From: Utricularia gibba
Lineage: Eukaryota > Plantae > Magnoliophyta
Reading direction: 5' to 3'
DNA length: 64,000 nucleotides
NCBI GenBank assembly: GCA_002189035.1
Contig: NEEC01000018.1
Location: forward strand, 1,922,001 to 1,986,000
The first letter of the stretch is position 1. Every line of letters begins with the position of its first letter. Shown here piece after piece: positions 1 to 19,900 of this stretch. The notes under the pieces were generated by a model, which ran no database searches, was not told the DNA's origin, and saw nothing but the letters and a program-made list of their open reading frames with translations. Position numbers and translations under genes: made by a program.

Positions 1-518
1 CCATTACCAGGTTAGATCTTTCAAGGTCATATGCATCCAGAATACCATCTGCTGAATCTAGAACTGGGGATTCATAGGCGTAGGTTTCGAACCATTTTCC
101 GATATCATCTGGTTCTTCTACATGGGCAGATCCATTATGTGCAAATTCATCTTGAATACCATCAGCCGAGTCCAAAACAGGAGATTCGTATTCGTAGCTC
201 TCGAACCATTTACCAATGTCGTCTGGCTCTATTTAACAATGAAAAAACTCATGTAGTCACACAAGCGAGTCCTTTGGGAAGCCAAAGCAGTCTCAGCGAC
301 ATTTCGCCAAACCCTTTCAACACACGCCTAAATTCAAAATCCGGTATGTATACCTGAAGGTAACGATTCCGAATCGAGAGCATCCAGGTCCTTCACGGGG
401 AAGGAAAAAAAAAAGGAAGCTTAGCGCAGTGAAACAAAAAATTACAGAAACAAAAAAACAAATACGAATCCGTTTTTCATCTTTTTACCTGAGAATCGGC
501 ATCATCAGTATCAGGCAT
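1..518 (-). CDS. Uncharacterised plant protein, N-terminal part (runs off window start); carries a duplicated EPDDIGKWFExYxYESPVLDSADGI motif
   Basis: Exons 518-489, 390-354 and 228-<1 with GT-AG junctions join in frame: MPDTDDADSQ|DLDALDSESLPS|EPDDIGKWFESYEYESPVLDSADGIQDEFAHNGSAHVEEPDDIGKWFETYAYESPVLDSADGILDAYDLERSNLVM... Confidence 0.75.
41..228 (-). repeat. Internal coding duplication, two 25-codon copies with 114-nt period
   Basis: Copy A 228-155 (its first Glu codon is split by the intron) and copy B 115-41; 23/25 amino acids identical; CGAACCATTT occurs at 88 and 202. Confidence 0.9.
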
Positions 519-927
519 GACCACCAATCTCCTCCGTCTTGATGAGAAATTCAGAGAGAAGCAACGCTTGTGTGTGGCGCGGTAGATGATGAAGCTTCAA
601 ACATCCCCTACCTGCCATCTCGCGCGCGTCAAGAAAACGAAAAACTTTCGAAAATCCCTCATTCCGCACCCCAAAGATAAAATTTTATTGCATTTGATAA
701 ATATATTTAAAATAAATATAATAATTAATAATTATGTGATTGAAAAAACGTGTATGATAAAAAAGTTTTGTTAAATATAATTAATTATATTAAAAAACAT
801 TCTCAAAACATGCGTATTTGAAATCGTATGCAACATTATTAAAATATATTGATATTAAATAGATATAATGTATAATTATTTATTATTAATTTAACATGAT
901 CTACACATTATGATTTCATGCCCATGA

Positions 928-942
928 CCCCCCCCCCCCCCC
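928..942 (+). repeat. Poly-C tract (15 nt)
   Basis: Direct reading of the sequence, intergenic, downstream of the G3P permease stop. Confidence 0.85.
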
Positions 943-1056
943 TCTCTATGTATGTCATCGCTGATCACTTGTCTTGTCCATCTGAGAAAGAGCAACTCAG
1001 CCTGTTCAGTTCGCTATGAAGGATGGAATCTAAACTTCATGATAAACGAGCTGATC

Positions 1057-2599
1057 TCACATACCAGTTTGATCATTGCGTCGTTGGAGGAACAGTCGCA
1101 CTTCATGCACAGCCAACCGGAATAAAACCAGAGCAGAAATCAATGCACAAAAAGCCAGCATATAGAAAACGAAGCGCCACCCTTTCGAAGAAAGAAAGCC
1201 TGTCAGCAGAGGACCAAGAGCAGCTCCCAGGGACCCTGTTCCATCTATGATGGCTGTCACCGTCGCTAAAGCTCGTGCGTTGCCTCTCAAGGACTCATGG
1301 GTGCCGAGATCTGTGGCCACCGCAGTGGTGATCAGCGCATAGGGCCCGTTTACGAGCAGACCGGTGATCAACATGAGGGCGATGTTCATTGCTTTGGATG
1401 CACTGCCGAATCTTTGGTATAGAATCATGGATGGGATTGATACGTATAAGAAGGCTGATGCCGTGGCTGCTCTCGCGCCAAGCTTGTCGGAAATGTAGCC
1501 TGCTAAAACACCGCCCATTACTCCGCCGACGTCGAAGAGGACAGATAGATCTCCGGCCATTGTCACAGACATGTGCTCCCCCTCGATAACTGAGATAGTA
1601 GAATGCATTTTCAGATGAGCCACAGAGGCTAGTGGGCTTTTTGCAAAAAAACTTACCAATTTGGCTGAGGTAGAATGGCAACCAATAGAGGAATGTGTAA
1701 GCAACAAGTTTGGCGAAAAAGAGAGATGCTGCAAATGGGATAACTCCAGGAATGGTGCAAGCTGCAAAGAGTCCAATCCCTGTTCTTGTCACGTTACTTT
1801 CTACTGATTCAGTACTAAGTAGAGCTTCTTTCTCAGCAAGTCTATGGACTTCCTCATCAGAATGCAGAGAATTTTGCCTACTAAACCTGATGTCCTCCGG
1901 AGAAGCCGGTAGTAGCAGGAACACGATAACCCCCGTGGCGATTATGAAGGCACCAGGTAGAATAAAAGACCAACCCCAACCAAGCTCCAAAACACTGGCA
2001 GCAAGCATGGTACCGATTATATTCCCAAGAGAAGTGTGAGCATTCCAAATTCCCATCAGCAATCCTCTACGTTCCTTTCCGAACCAATTTCCCATCACTG
2101 CAACGACAGAGGGCCAACCAGTAGCTTCAAAAAGCCCAGCAACCATCTGCATCACAAGATAAAATCCAAACACATGAATGTTCAAAAAGTGCCCCATTCC
2201 AAAAAGTCCCACAAATACTCCACTCCCGATCATCCCAAAAGCGAGAAAAATACGAAGATCGTATCGATCGCCCAAATGCCCTGCAACATACATAGACATC
2301 GAATAGCAAGCAAGAAACGCCAAATCAAGTAAACCCAGTTTAGAATTCCCATCCTCCCCATTGAAAGGAGCCCATCCTTTAGATTGGTTTCTTAAATTGA
2401 ACCGGACGCCATCCGGGTCCGGATTGAGGACGCTCTTCACTATGCTACTGGGCTTTCTGGAAGCGTGGTAAGCTGTATACGCCAAGAATGTAACAACCCA
2501 GACAAATTTCTTGAACGCAGCCTCACTGTACGGTCCTCCTCTGATTCTCTCGATCACCAGAATCCCAGATGGAATCCGATTGATACTCACGCTCGACAT
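1057..2599 (-). CDS. Glycerol-3-phosphate permease/transporter (MFS, G3Pp/SLC37 family), 2 exons
   Basis: Exon 2599-1657, 67-nt GT-AG intron 1656-1590, exon 1589-1057. Motifs YTAYHASRKPSSIVKS, GHLGDR, GWPSVVAVMGNWFGK, GIWNAHTS, FDVGG, GPYALITTAV, IIDGTGS. Confidence 0.93.
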
Positions 2600-2982
2600 A
2601 CTTTCAGAACACAGAAACGCGTCCCTGAAATGAAGATGAACAATCTTGGGAAACAAATTGAAAGAAGAAAATGAATCATCGACCCTCGAAAGCGTTGATC
2701 GGAAGGGAAGACGGGAAAGCGATCAACGTTGTATTTTCTAGATGCGAGAAACTGCTCGAAAAAAACGGACGTCGTGCATGTGCTGTCAGCCTGCTCCCGA
2801 TTGTTTTTTTTTTAAATATTAATTATTATTATAATTTATCTTTTTGTTTTTTATTACAAGGGTATTCAACGTTCAGGGGCACAGAGTCACCCTATCCGTT
2901 ACCAGTTCTCAGAGCTCGATTCATCGTTGCTTTTGCTCACTCGACAATTGATCCAGCGACGGAAGTGCAAAACGTTGCATCT

Positions 2983-4137
2983 ATGAACCTCCTTTTACTG
3001 CATCCCTGTAATGCGTCCGCTTGGGTGCCGCGAAATCCTTCTGTTTCGACGAAGCGCTTGAAACCCACTGGAAGAACGAGGTGCGTTCTTGCGAATTCTG
3101 AGTCAGTTCCCACCCACAAAGTCACTGTACACGACCGTCAGCGGGGGTTGTGCACGAATTTCGCGTCCCAGAGGTAAATTTTTTCGCCGTCAATTCGATG
3201 TTGCGATCCTCTTCCGAGAGTCTCTCAATTTTTGTTTTTTCAGGATCAATACATACTCCATTCTGCTGAGGATCAGGATATCACCCTTCCGTTTGCTTGC
3301 CGCCATGGTAAAATTCACTTTCTTGGTGGTCATAAACTGCAGCTGTGACTAGATTTTTTGCATTTATGGTGATTTTGTTTTTAGATTAGAGTGATTTTGG
3401 AAATTGGCCAAAAAGGTAAAATTTTAATACAGTTTGAGGCAGAAGAAGTGTTGAATGATCAGATACTGGGCATGTCCGTCATGCTATTTGCGCCAATGAG
3501 CAAACATGGTTGAGATCATATCACTTGTATCTGGTTCCCCGTGTAGAAAACACACTAGTTATGTGATAATCCAACTGAAAAGCCAAGAGAGAACTTCATT
3601 TTTTTTCTGCGTATTTGCTGCATGGTATGTGTGGCCTTGTAAGTGCTGAAGTTGCAGGTTGTTGTACTAGCTGTGCTGTTCGTGTGAAGTCAGGGAAACT
3701 GAGACAACCAGAAGCTTTAGGGATATCCACTGAATTAAAGGACAAGGTATAGCTTCGATGCGCTAGTGTAACAAAAACTGTCTTGTGAGTGTCTCTGCAC
3801 CATCCGGGCCTTTTGTTTTGATTTCAGGGCTATGCACTTTTGTGCGTGGGGTTCCCATCATCAGACCTGGAGGTCGAAACACAGGATGAGGATGAGGTGG
3901 TTGTTTTGATTGCTGTGTTTTTGTATTTCACTTGCAGAGAGACATGATAGGTGCTTGCCACTTTGCAGGTGTATTGGCTTCAGTTTGGAAGATACTTTGC
4001 TCGCGGGCCGATCGTGCGTTTCCTCTTACTTACGCTTCCATTCTGCATAGTTGCAGGTAGCATTAAGATCATCATTTTCAATTTGTGCGCAGGAAAGAGA
4101 CGATTACGCACTGGAGTTGGCCATGGGAGACGAATGA
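2983..4137 (+). CDS. FdC2: Ferredoxin C2 (chloroplast 2Fe-2S ferredoxin with C-terminal extension); apparent 1-nt frameshift at 3143-3147
   Basis: Exons 2983-3173, 3244-3307, 3658-3747, 3828-3896, 3969-4013, 4093-4137 give PTHKVTVHDRQRG/VVHEFRVPE|DQYILHSAEDQDITLPFACRHG|CCTSCAVRVKSG...|GYALLCVGFPSSDLEVETQDEDE|VYWLQFGRYFARGPI|ERDDYALELAMGDE*, the FdC2 signature. One G is missing in the G-run at HDRQRG/VVHEF. Confidence 0.92.
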
Positions 4138-4508
4138 AGCAGCATGTTTTGCACCCCCTCAACTTCCCTATCTTCAGAGCCTCCGGATTCAGTTCTTTAG
4201 CCTGAGTAGCTGCGTATAGAACGAAGCAATGCGGCTGCCGTTCCATCGGCGCTAGGCGCTGCGTGCGATCCGACGTTGGTTTTCATCAGGCTCGAGTTGT
4301 TTGACAAGATGCTATACTGTCTTGTGCTGCAAAGATCGTTTTTTTGGGAATGGGTTTTATTTGACTTTGGAAGTAAGAGGAAAATGTACACAGACACAAA
4401 CACACGTAGTGACAGGCACCTTCGAATCTTATCCTTTCACGATTCGCAATAATGAAAGCAAAAAGCAAACGACAAAAGCCCGGCAGTCCATTCAGCGTCG
4501 GCCGGTTC

Positions 4509-5440
4509 TCACCGGGGGAGCGCCCGCCGGAGTTCCTGCGCCAGGAGATTCGGAGCCGAGAGGTGCGGCAGGTGCCCGTCTGTGTTCAACATATGGACGC
4601 TGCACCGACCCCCCAGGTGGTTCTTCAGATACGTGGCCACGGACGAGGGCACCGACACGTCCTTCGCGGACTGGAAAATGGAGCACGGCACTTTCACAAG
4701 CCCCAGCACTCCTCGGAGATCGCTGTTGAAAACCGTCCGGCAAACGAAGAGTGTTATGTCCGGCCGCATGTTGAACAGAGTCCGGCTGAATTCGCGGACC
4801 GCCACGGGGACGTCGGCGCCGACGGCCAGCGGGGCGTATCCGTTCACCCAGGCTTCGTAGTTCGCTTCCATGGCGGAGAACAGTTTCTCCACCTCCACCT
4901 GCTCGAATCCGCCCTTGTAGTTCCTATCGTTCTTGAAGCTGCAATTAGAGCGATTTCAGCCGCGATTGGGGAAGAAAACTCCATGGTTGAAGGCCACTTT
5001 TAGGGGCAAATCTTTCAGTTTGTTATTTCCTCAAAAAAGACTGAAAAATTATTATATTTCTTGTTTTACCTCGGTGAAGCGCCGATGAGGATGAGCTTCT
5101 TAAAGAGCTCCGGGCGGCGGATGGAGGCGAGGATTCCGATAGTCGCCGAGATGGAGTGGCCGACGTAGGTGCACCTGTCGATTCTAAGAGCGTCGAGGAT
5201 GTAGAGTAAATCATCGACGTAGGCATCGAGGGTGGTGTATCGCCGGAAATCGAAGTACTCCGGGTTGACGCTGCCGGCACAGATGAGGTCAAAAAGCACG
5301 ATGCGATGGTCGCGGATGAAGAACGGAAGAATTCGCTGCCACGCTGATTGATCGGTGCCAAACCCGTGGGCCAGAACAAGAACCTTGTCGCCGGAACCCA
5401 CGACTCTAACGTTAAGCACCTCCAGCAAACTCTGGCCCAT
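4509..5440 (-). CDS. D14: Strigolactone receptor/hydrolase DWARF14 (DAD2-type alpha/beta hydrolase), 2 exons, 266 aa
   Basis: Exons 5440-5070 and 4938-4509. [12 protein letters not shown], catalytic Ser in GHS, Asp in KDVSVP, His in [29 protein letters not shown] and C-terminal LRRALPR are D14-type rather than KAI2-type. Confidence 0.93.
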
Positions 5441-6336
5441 TGTCCTTGTCGCCGCCGATCACACTGTCCTCTTTTCAAACTCAATGTATATAGGCCGCGC
5501 CTCCGAACTGTTGAGAAGTACGGCCATGTTTCTCACACATACCCCTTTAAAAATTAGCATGATTTAAAATACTTAGATTTAATTAAATTATAAAATAAAT
5601 ATTTATTTCATTGAATTGGATAATATGAATTTATAAAAAATGCTTTTATTTAAAAATTACTAAATACAAATTTGATACAAATTTAGAAACAATCATTTAT
5701 TAATGTAATTTCATGAATCTAATGACAATATACTATATTGATTCTAGAATATGAATAAATAAAAAGATTATATTAATTTTCCCCAAATTAATTTTTTCAA
5801 AAAGAAAAAATATGAAATTATAAAAATTAAATACTCAAAATAACAATATATTACCATAAACCCTAAAAGCAACTGACCCTTAATCGACATCATTTATGGT
5901 TGAGACTAAAATGATATATTATCATTTGTAATAATTAAATAAAATATTTATTTTATCATTTTAAATATATTTGTGAAGCAATTTAAATTCCTCTAATCTA
6001 ATTATAAACGTATCAAATAATTCAAATAATTAAATTTCAAACACATCAATTTAATACATAAGTATAAAAATTTCCTTTTTAATTATCCATGAAGTATGTC
6101 TCAGATATTACCATTGGAAAATTTTTGTAGTTTAATTATATTTTTCAAAAAATAAAAATAATTTTATTATATAACAATATCAATTATAAAAGTAATTTTA
6201 TCAAAAATACTTTTAAAATTATTTTACAAAAATTACTTTTAGAAAAATAAGAAATAATTTAATTTTACTTTTTATTATACTAAAATAATTTTCACTTTCA
6301 ATGAGTTGGGTTTCTAGAGATCCGATATTCCGGTCA

Positions 6337-6459
6337 TACCGACATGGTACTGCGGCAGCCAATAAATCTACTGGGTGCTTTGGAAGCTTTATTCACATAT
6401 TCCGACACTTGAAGGAAAGGAGATGAGATATTCGTGTCTTTCGTCATCATCGCCGACAT
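6337..6459 (+). promoter_or_regulatory. Candidate DRE/CRT elements
   Basis: TACCGACAT at 6337-6345 and GCCGACAT at 6452-6459 match the A/GCCGAC DREB core; located between the divergent D14 and ECA3 genes. Motif match only. Confidence 0.3.
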
Positions 6460-6618
6460 GGCAACCCCACCACACACTACAGGAGTGGGTAGGGCAGGGC
6501 AATTGAATCTCATTCTCCCTGCCCTCCCCAAAGCTATATGCTGCCTGCTTTTCGCCCTTTGTTTCTAGGCCGCTCCTCCTGAACCGGCTACTTTAAGCCG
6601 GTCTAGAGACCCGGGCTG

Positions 6619-6740
6619 AGCCCATTTGTGCGCCAAGGCCCATGGGGGGTGATAAGGTGGCCCGTTTTAGAAAAATGAAAATAGTAATTAATACAATTTA
6701 TTAGCTATAGCCTAATAAGAGTAGCCTACGCGAGGCCCGT
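6619..6740 (+). promoter_or_regulatory. Site II (TGGGCY/GGCCC) cluster in the ECA3 proximal promoter
   Basis: AGCCCA, GGCCCA, TGGCCC and GGCCCG motifs about 220-340 nt upstream of the ATG at 6956. Confidence 0.4.
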
Positions 6741-6955
6741 ACACTTCCTTTTGTTGTCGAATTGATCGATTAGAACGTCGACGTTTGTTTTTTTTTTTTT
6801 TTTGTTACCTGGTTTCTTGGTTGTGATCAGTACACTCAAGTTTCCATTTTGGGTCTTTGTTTTTTAATTTTGTATTTTGGGAGGAAGGGAGTAACTAAAG
6901 GTCGAGTTTTCAAGAAACTTACCGTTGTCAGTGTTCCGGGAGCGTCGTAGAGGCG

Positions 6956-16059
<9,104 letters not shown>

Positions 16060-16954
16060 TCGGAACCCATCCCCGGCGTCCGACGCGGTCATCCATGTTT
16101 TCTCACAGAAATGGGTCCCCAGTTTTGTATGAAATTGCAAATCATACCCATGGAGCCCTAATTCTTCACATCCCGACGCACATTGAGGAAGATGGGTAGT
16201 TTTAAAAGTTGATTTATTTAAAGTAATAGAAATTAGATTTTTGCATCTTTTTAAAAATAAAAAAACAAAGGGGTATAGTTGTCATTCTAACGCCCTTGCC
16301 TGGCATGGCTTTTGTTTCTATGGTAAAACGGCGTGTGGGCCAGGCCCATCTTGGAATTTTCCTTGTGGGCTATTGGGCTGGGAAAGTTCCAACAATTGAC
16401 TATAAAAATCTTGCAAAGGCGGTTGCGGTCCAATGGATATGTCGAGGATGCGGATCATCGGTTTCACGGCGGCGATGGCTTGAAGTTCCGCCGTGGCAGA
16501 GTTGACAGACCGGCGAAGGTTGTCATTTTCCGAATTTTAAGGGATGATAGGGAGTGACTACCGACACGTGAATATGAATTTAAATTTAGTAGTTTTTTTT
16601 CTCTTTTTTATGCGCATCGTTACGGCCCATGCAAAAGTCAAACACACCCTGAGCTTAAGTATGCTGCGTTATATATATTGGAGTGTGGAAATTGTAGCAA
16701 AAAATGTGAATGTTTTCTCCGACGTTCCGGGCGTCTCAATTCCTTCAGGGCGTCTCCTTCTCGCTAAGGTCGCCGTCGCCGCCGTGAGAAGCTGTTCTAT
16801 AAGATGCCTTGAATCTCGCGATGCACTACGTTGTTCAAACAATAAAAAGAAAAAAAGAAGCATTTCCGGGAAATGCCTATCGTACATTAATTAGTTCGAC
16901 GCGGTTCGGATTTAAGAGGAGGTTTAAGTCTGAGTTCGGTGATTTCAATAGGAG

Positions 16955-19900
16955 ATGGGGTATCTAGATAGTTTGCCGGGCATGGATCTGATGCGCTCCG
17001 AGAAGATGATGTTGGCGCAGCTCATTATTCCTGTGGAATCAGCTTACAGGGCTGTCTTTTATCTGGGCCAACTCGGTCTACTCCAATTCCGGGATGTAAG
17101 TTCCTGGCTTCTCTGCTTATTTTCTTCAATACATGGCGTTGACTCTTGCGTGAGTCTTGAGTTTTAGCCCAGAATTTCCAGATGAGTAAAGATTTGGACA
17201 CTGATCTGATGTACTAAGAAATGGGAAAAACTTCAATTTTTCTAATTCCGAACTTATCTTGTCCCATTCAAGTGCCACACCCCAGGTGCTCTGCAAGGCA
17301 ATTTCTTTCTGCGGGAAATGTTACTCAAATTATGTAGTTCTCAATCTGCAAATGGATATTTGCGTGTCGCATTTTTTCCTGATTGTTTCCCTTTTGACCA
17401 TTCGGATTCTTTTTATGCTTTATTTTACTTGCAGTTAAATGGAAAAAAGAGCCCTTTCCAGAGGACATTTGCCAATCAGGTATTGTTCAAAGTGATTTTG
17501 AGGTCCTTTTCCGTTTTCCTTATCGATACGTCAAACATGTCTACCTCATTCAAAATATTGCACTCAATACTTTGTCTCACATAGGAAATCATGGCATTTT
17601 CATTTTCTGAAAATCGTTCCTACGAGTTTACTAATAGTATTCGCATTTGTAAGTTGGGATATTCATCAGCCAGGAATGTATAATCAAAAAGCATTGAAAA
17701 TTTCATGTAGCTGTGAATGTCATCAAGATTTAACCAGCGCTTAGTTTTTCAGTTTCACCTAAAAATTTGGAAGGTATTCTGGCTGTTCGCTTTAGTTTGT
17801 TTCTGGTTAACACTGGTGTGGATTTACTATGGGAAGCCCTGCATCTATTTGTTTGCTTTGGCTGTTGATGGATTTCTCAATTCACGTACTCATCTTGTTT
17901 GGACATCTGTATTATCGTATGATCATTGTTCATAGTTAAAAAGATGTGCTGAGATGTCCAGAAAGCTTCGATTCTTCAAAGATCAAATTCACAAAGCGGG
18001 TCTTGTCCTCTCTCCAACACAAATCTCGCAGTCATCTCATATTGATCTGAAAGAACTGGAGGTTTGTTTTCTCCCTTGGACCAATATTAAGCATGTTAAT
18101 CAGATCTGCTATGTTTAGGTTAGATGTAGAACAACTTCCCACAAGAAAACCGTATTCCATTTATGTTCTCATAGTATGCATGCAATCTCACTTGCCCGAA
18201 TGTACTTATCTGTTTCGTAATTGATACGTATTTTCTGTTTTTCGTTTGTTAGGTTCAACTTGCTGAGCATGAACATGAGCTAATTGAGATGAATGTAATG
18301 GATGAGAAATTACAGCAGTCATACAATGAGCTGCTTGAGTTCAAGATGGTTCTGCTGAAGGTGCACCACCATTTTTTTTTGCTCCCTGTTATTTACTTTG
18401 TATCTGGAGTGTTACTTTGAAAATGGAGTGTCTGTCCTCAATCTAGTTACAATGATAGTGAGGTTTCCCATCTCATATGAAACTTTAATGGGTCGCTCAG
18501 GTTGGTGATTTCCTTTTGCCTAATGAGAGTAATTCTGCAGCACGGGATACTGAATTAGATGGAAATATTCACGCAAGCAGTAATCAGTCTGAAAACGTAT
18601 CGTTACTGGAACAGCTAGTAAGAAATTCTTTGGGCACATCGATGATTTTATGCTTCCAAATTTCTGCATTTATGTGGATAAATTAATCACAGGAAATGCA
18701 AGCTGAGCCATCGAATCAATCTGGAGTAAAATTTATTAGTGGTATGGTCACTAAATCCAACATTCTGAGTTTTGAGAGGATGCTCTTCCGCACAACCAGA
18801 GGCAATATGCTTTTCAGTCAAGCTCCAGCAGAGGACCCAATTGTGGATCCTATTTCTAATCATACGGTAAATAATTTTTTTTTTCCAAAGTATTAGTGCT
18901 GAGTTGAAAGCATTCCTTGGGTTAAGTTTCATATGGGAAAAGTCCTAGATGATCCTGCACTTTTCCACCTCCAGGTAGAGAAGGCTGTTTTTATGGTATT
19001 CTTCTCTGGAGAACAGGCAGGGAAAAAAATCGCAAAAATTTGTGATGCGTTTGAAGCTAACTGCTACCCAGTACCTGAGGATCCAATCAAGAGGAGGCAA
19101 ATAATGAAAGAAGTGAGACATTAGTTGGATGAGGCTTCCATTTATCTTACCAAGATTGAATTCCTTATCTTACTCCAGCTCTGATGCTGATCTGATGGAA
19201 GCATAACGTGTCAATGTCATTTCGAATTTTCAGGTTCTGATACGCTTGTCAGACTTGAAAACAACACTGGAGGCAGGACTACATCATCGAGATACTGCTC
19301 TCACATCTATTGGTTCTCAGCTTACAAAGTGGATGAATGTGGTTTGATAATTTAAATGTGCTCCTTTCATTCTACCCTGCATTAGAATTAAGTCATTTCT
19401 AAGTGTTTTTGCATAACTGTTTGTCCAGGTCAAAAGAGAAAAGGCAGTTTATAATATATTAAATATGCTTAATTTTGATGTTACAAATAAGTGTCTGGTT
19501 GGTGAGGGTTGGTTTCCAGTATCTGCAAAAGCTAAGGTACAGGATCCAGCACATCGTGTAATATATTCCAGTCAACCTACGTATCCTTTGCTTTCTTAGG
19601 TTTTTTTTTTTAAATATGACAGATTCAAGAAGCTCTACAACGTGCTACAGTTGATAGTAATTCACAAGTGGGCATCATATTTCATGTGATGGATTCACTG
19701 GAGTCACCACCAACATACTTCAGAACCAGCCATTTTACAAGGGCTTATCAAGAAATTGTTGATGCATATGGGTAATTGATGCATAATCATGTGTTTATTT
19801 GAATAATTGGATACGTTTTATCATTAACACATTACATGATATTATCATGGGTGCTTTCTGTATAAATGAATCAATCAGTGGAGGCACTAGGGAGTTATCG

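Noticed and set aside
5560-6300. Very AT-rich intergenic block (also 26400-27600), as a possible TE or plastid-derived insertion
   Set aside because: No terminal repeats, ORF remnants or recognisable organellar sequence.
16464-16787. 16-nt inverted repeat TCACGGCGGCGATGGC / GCCGTCGCCGCCGTGA (1 mismatch) about 300 nt apart, as possible MITE termini
   Set aside because: No target-site duplication, no extension of similarity, and low-complexity GGC content makes a chance match plausible.
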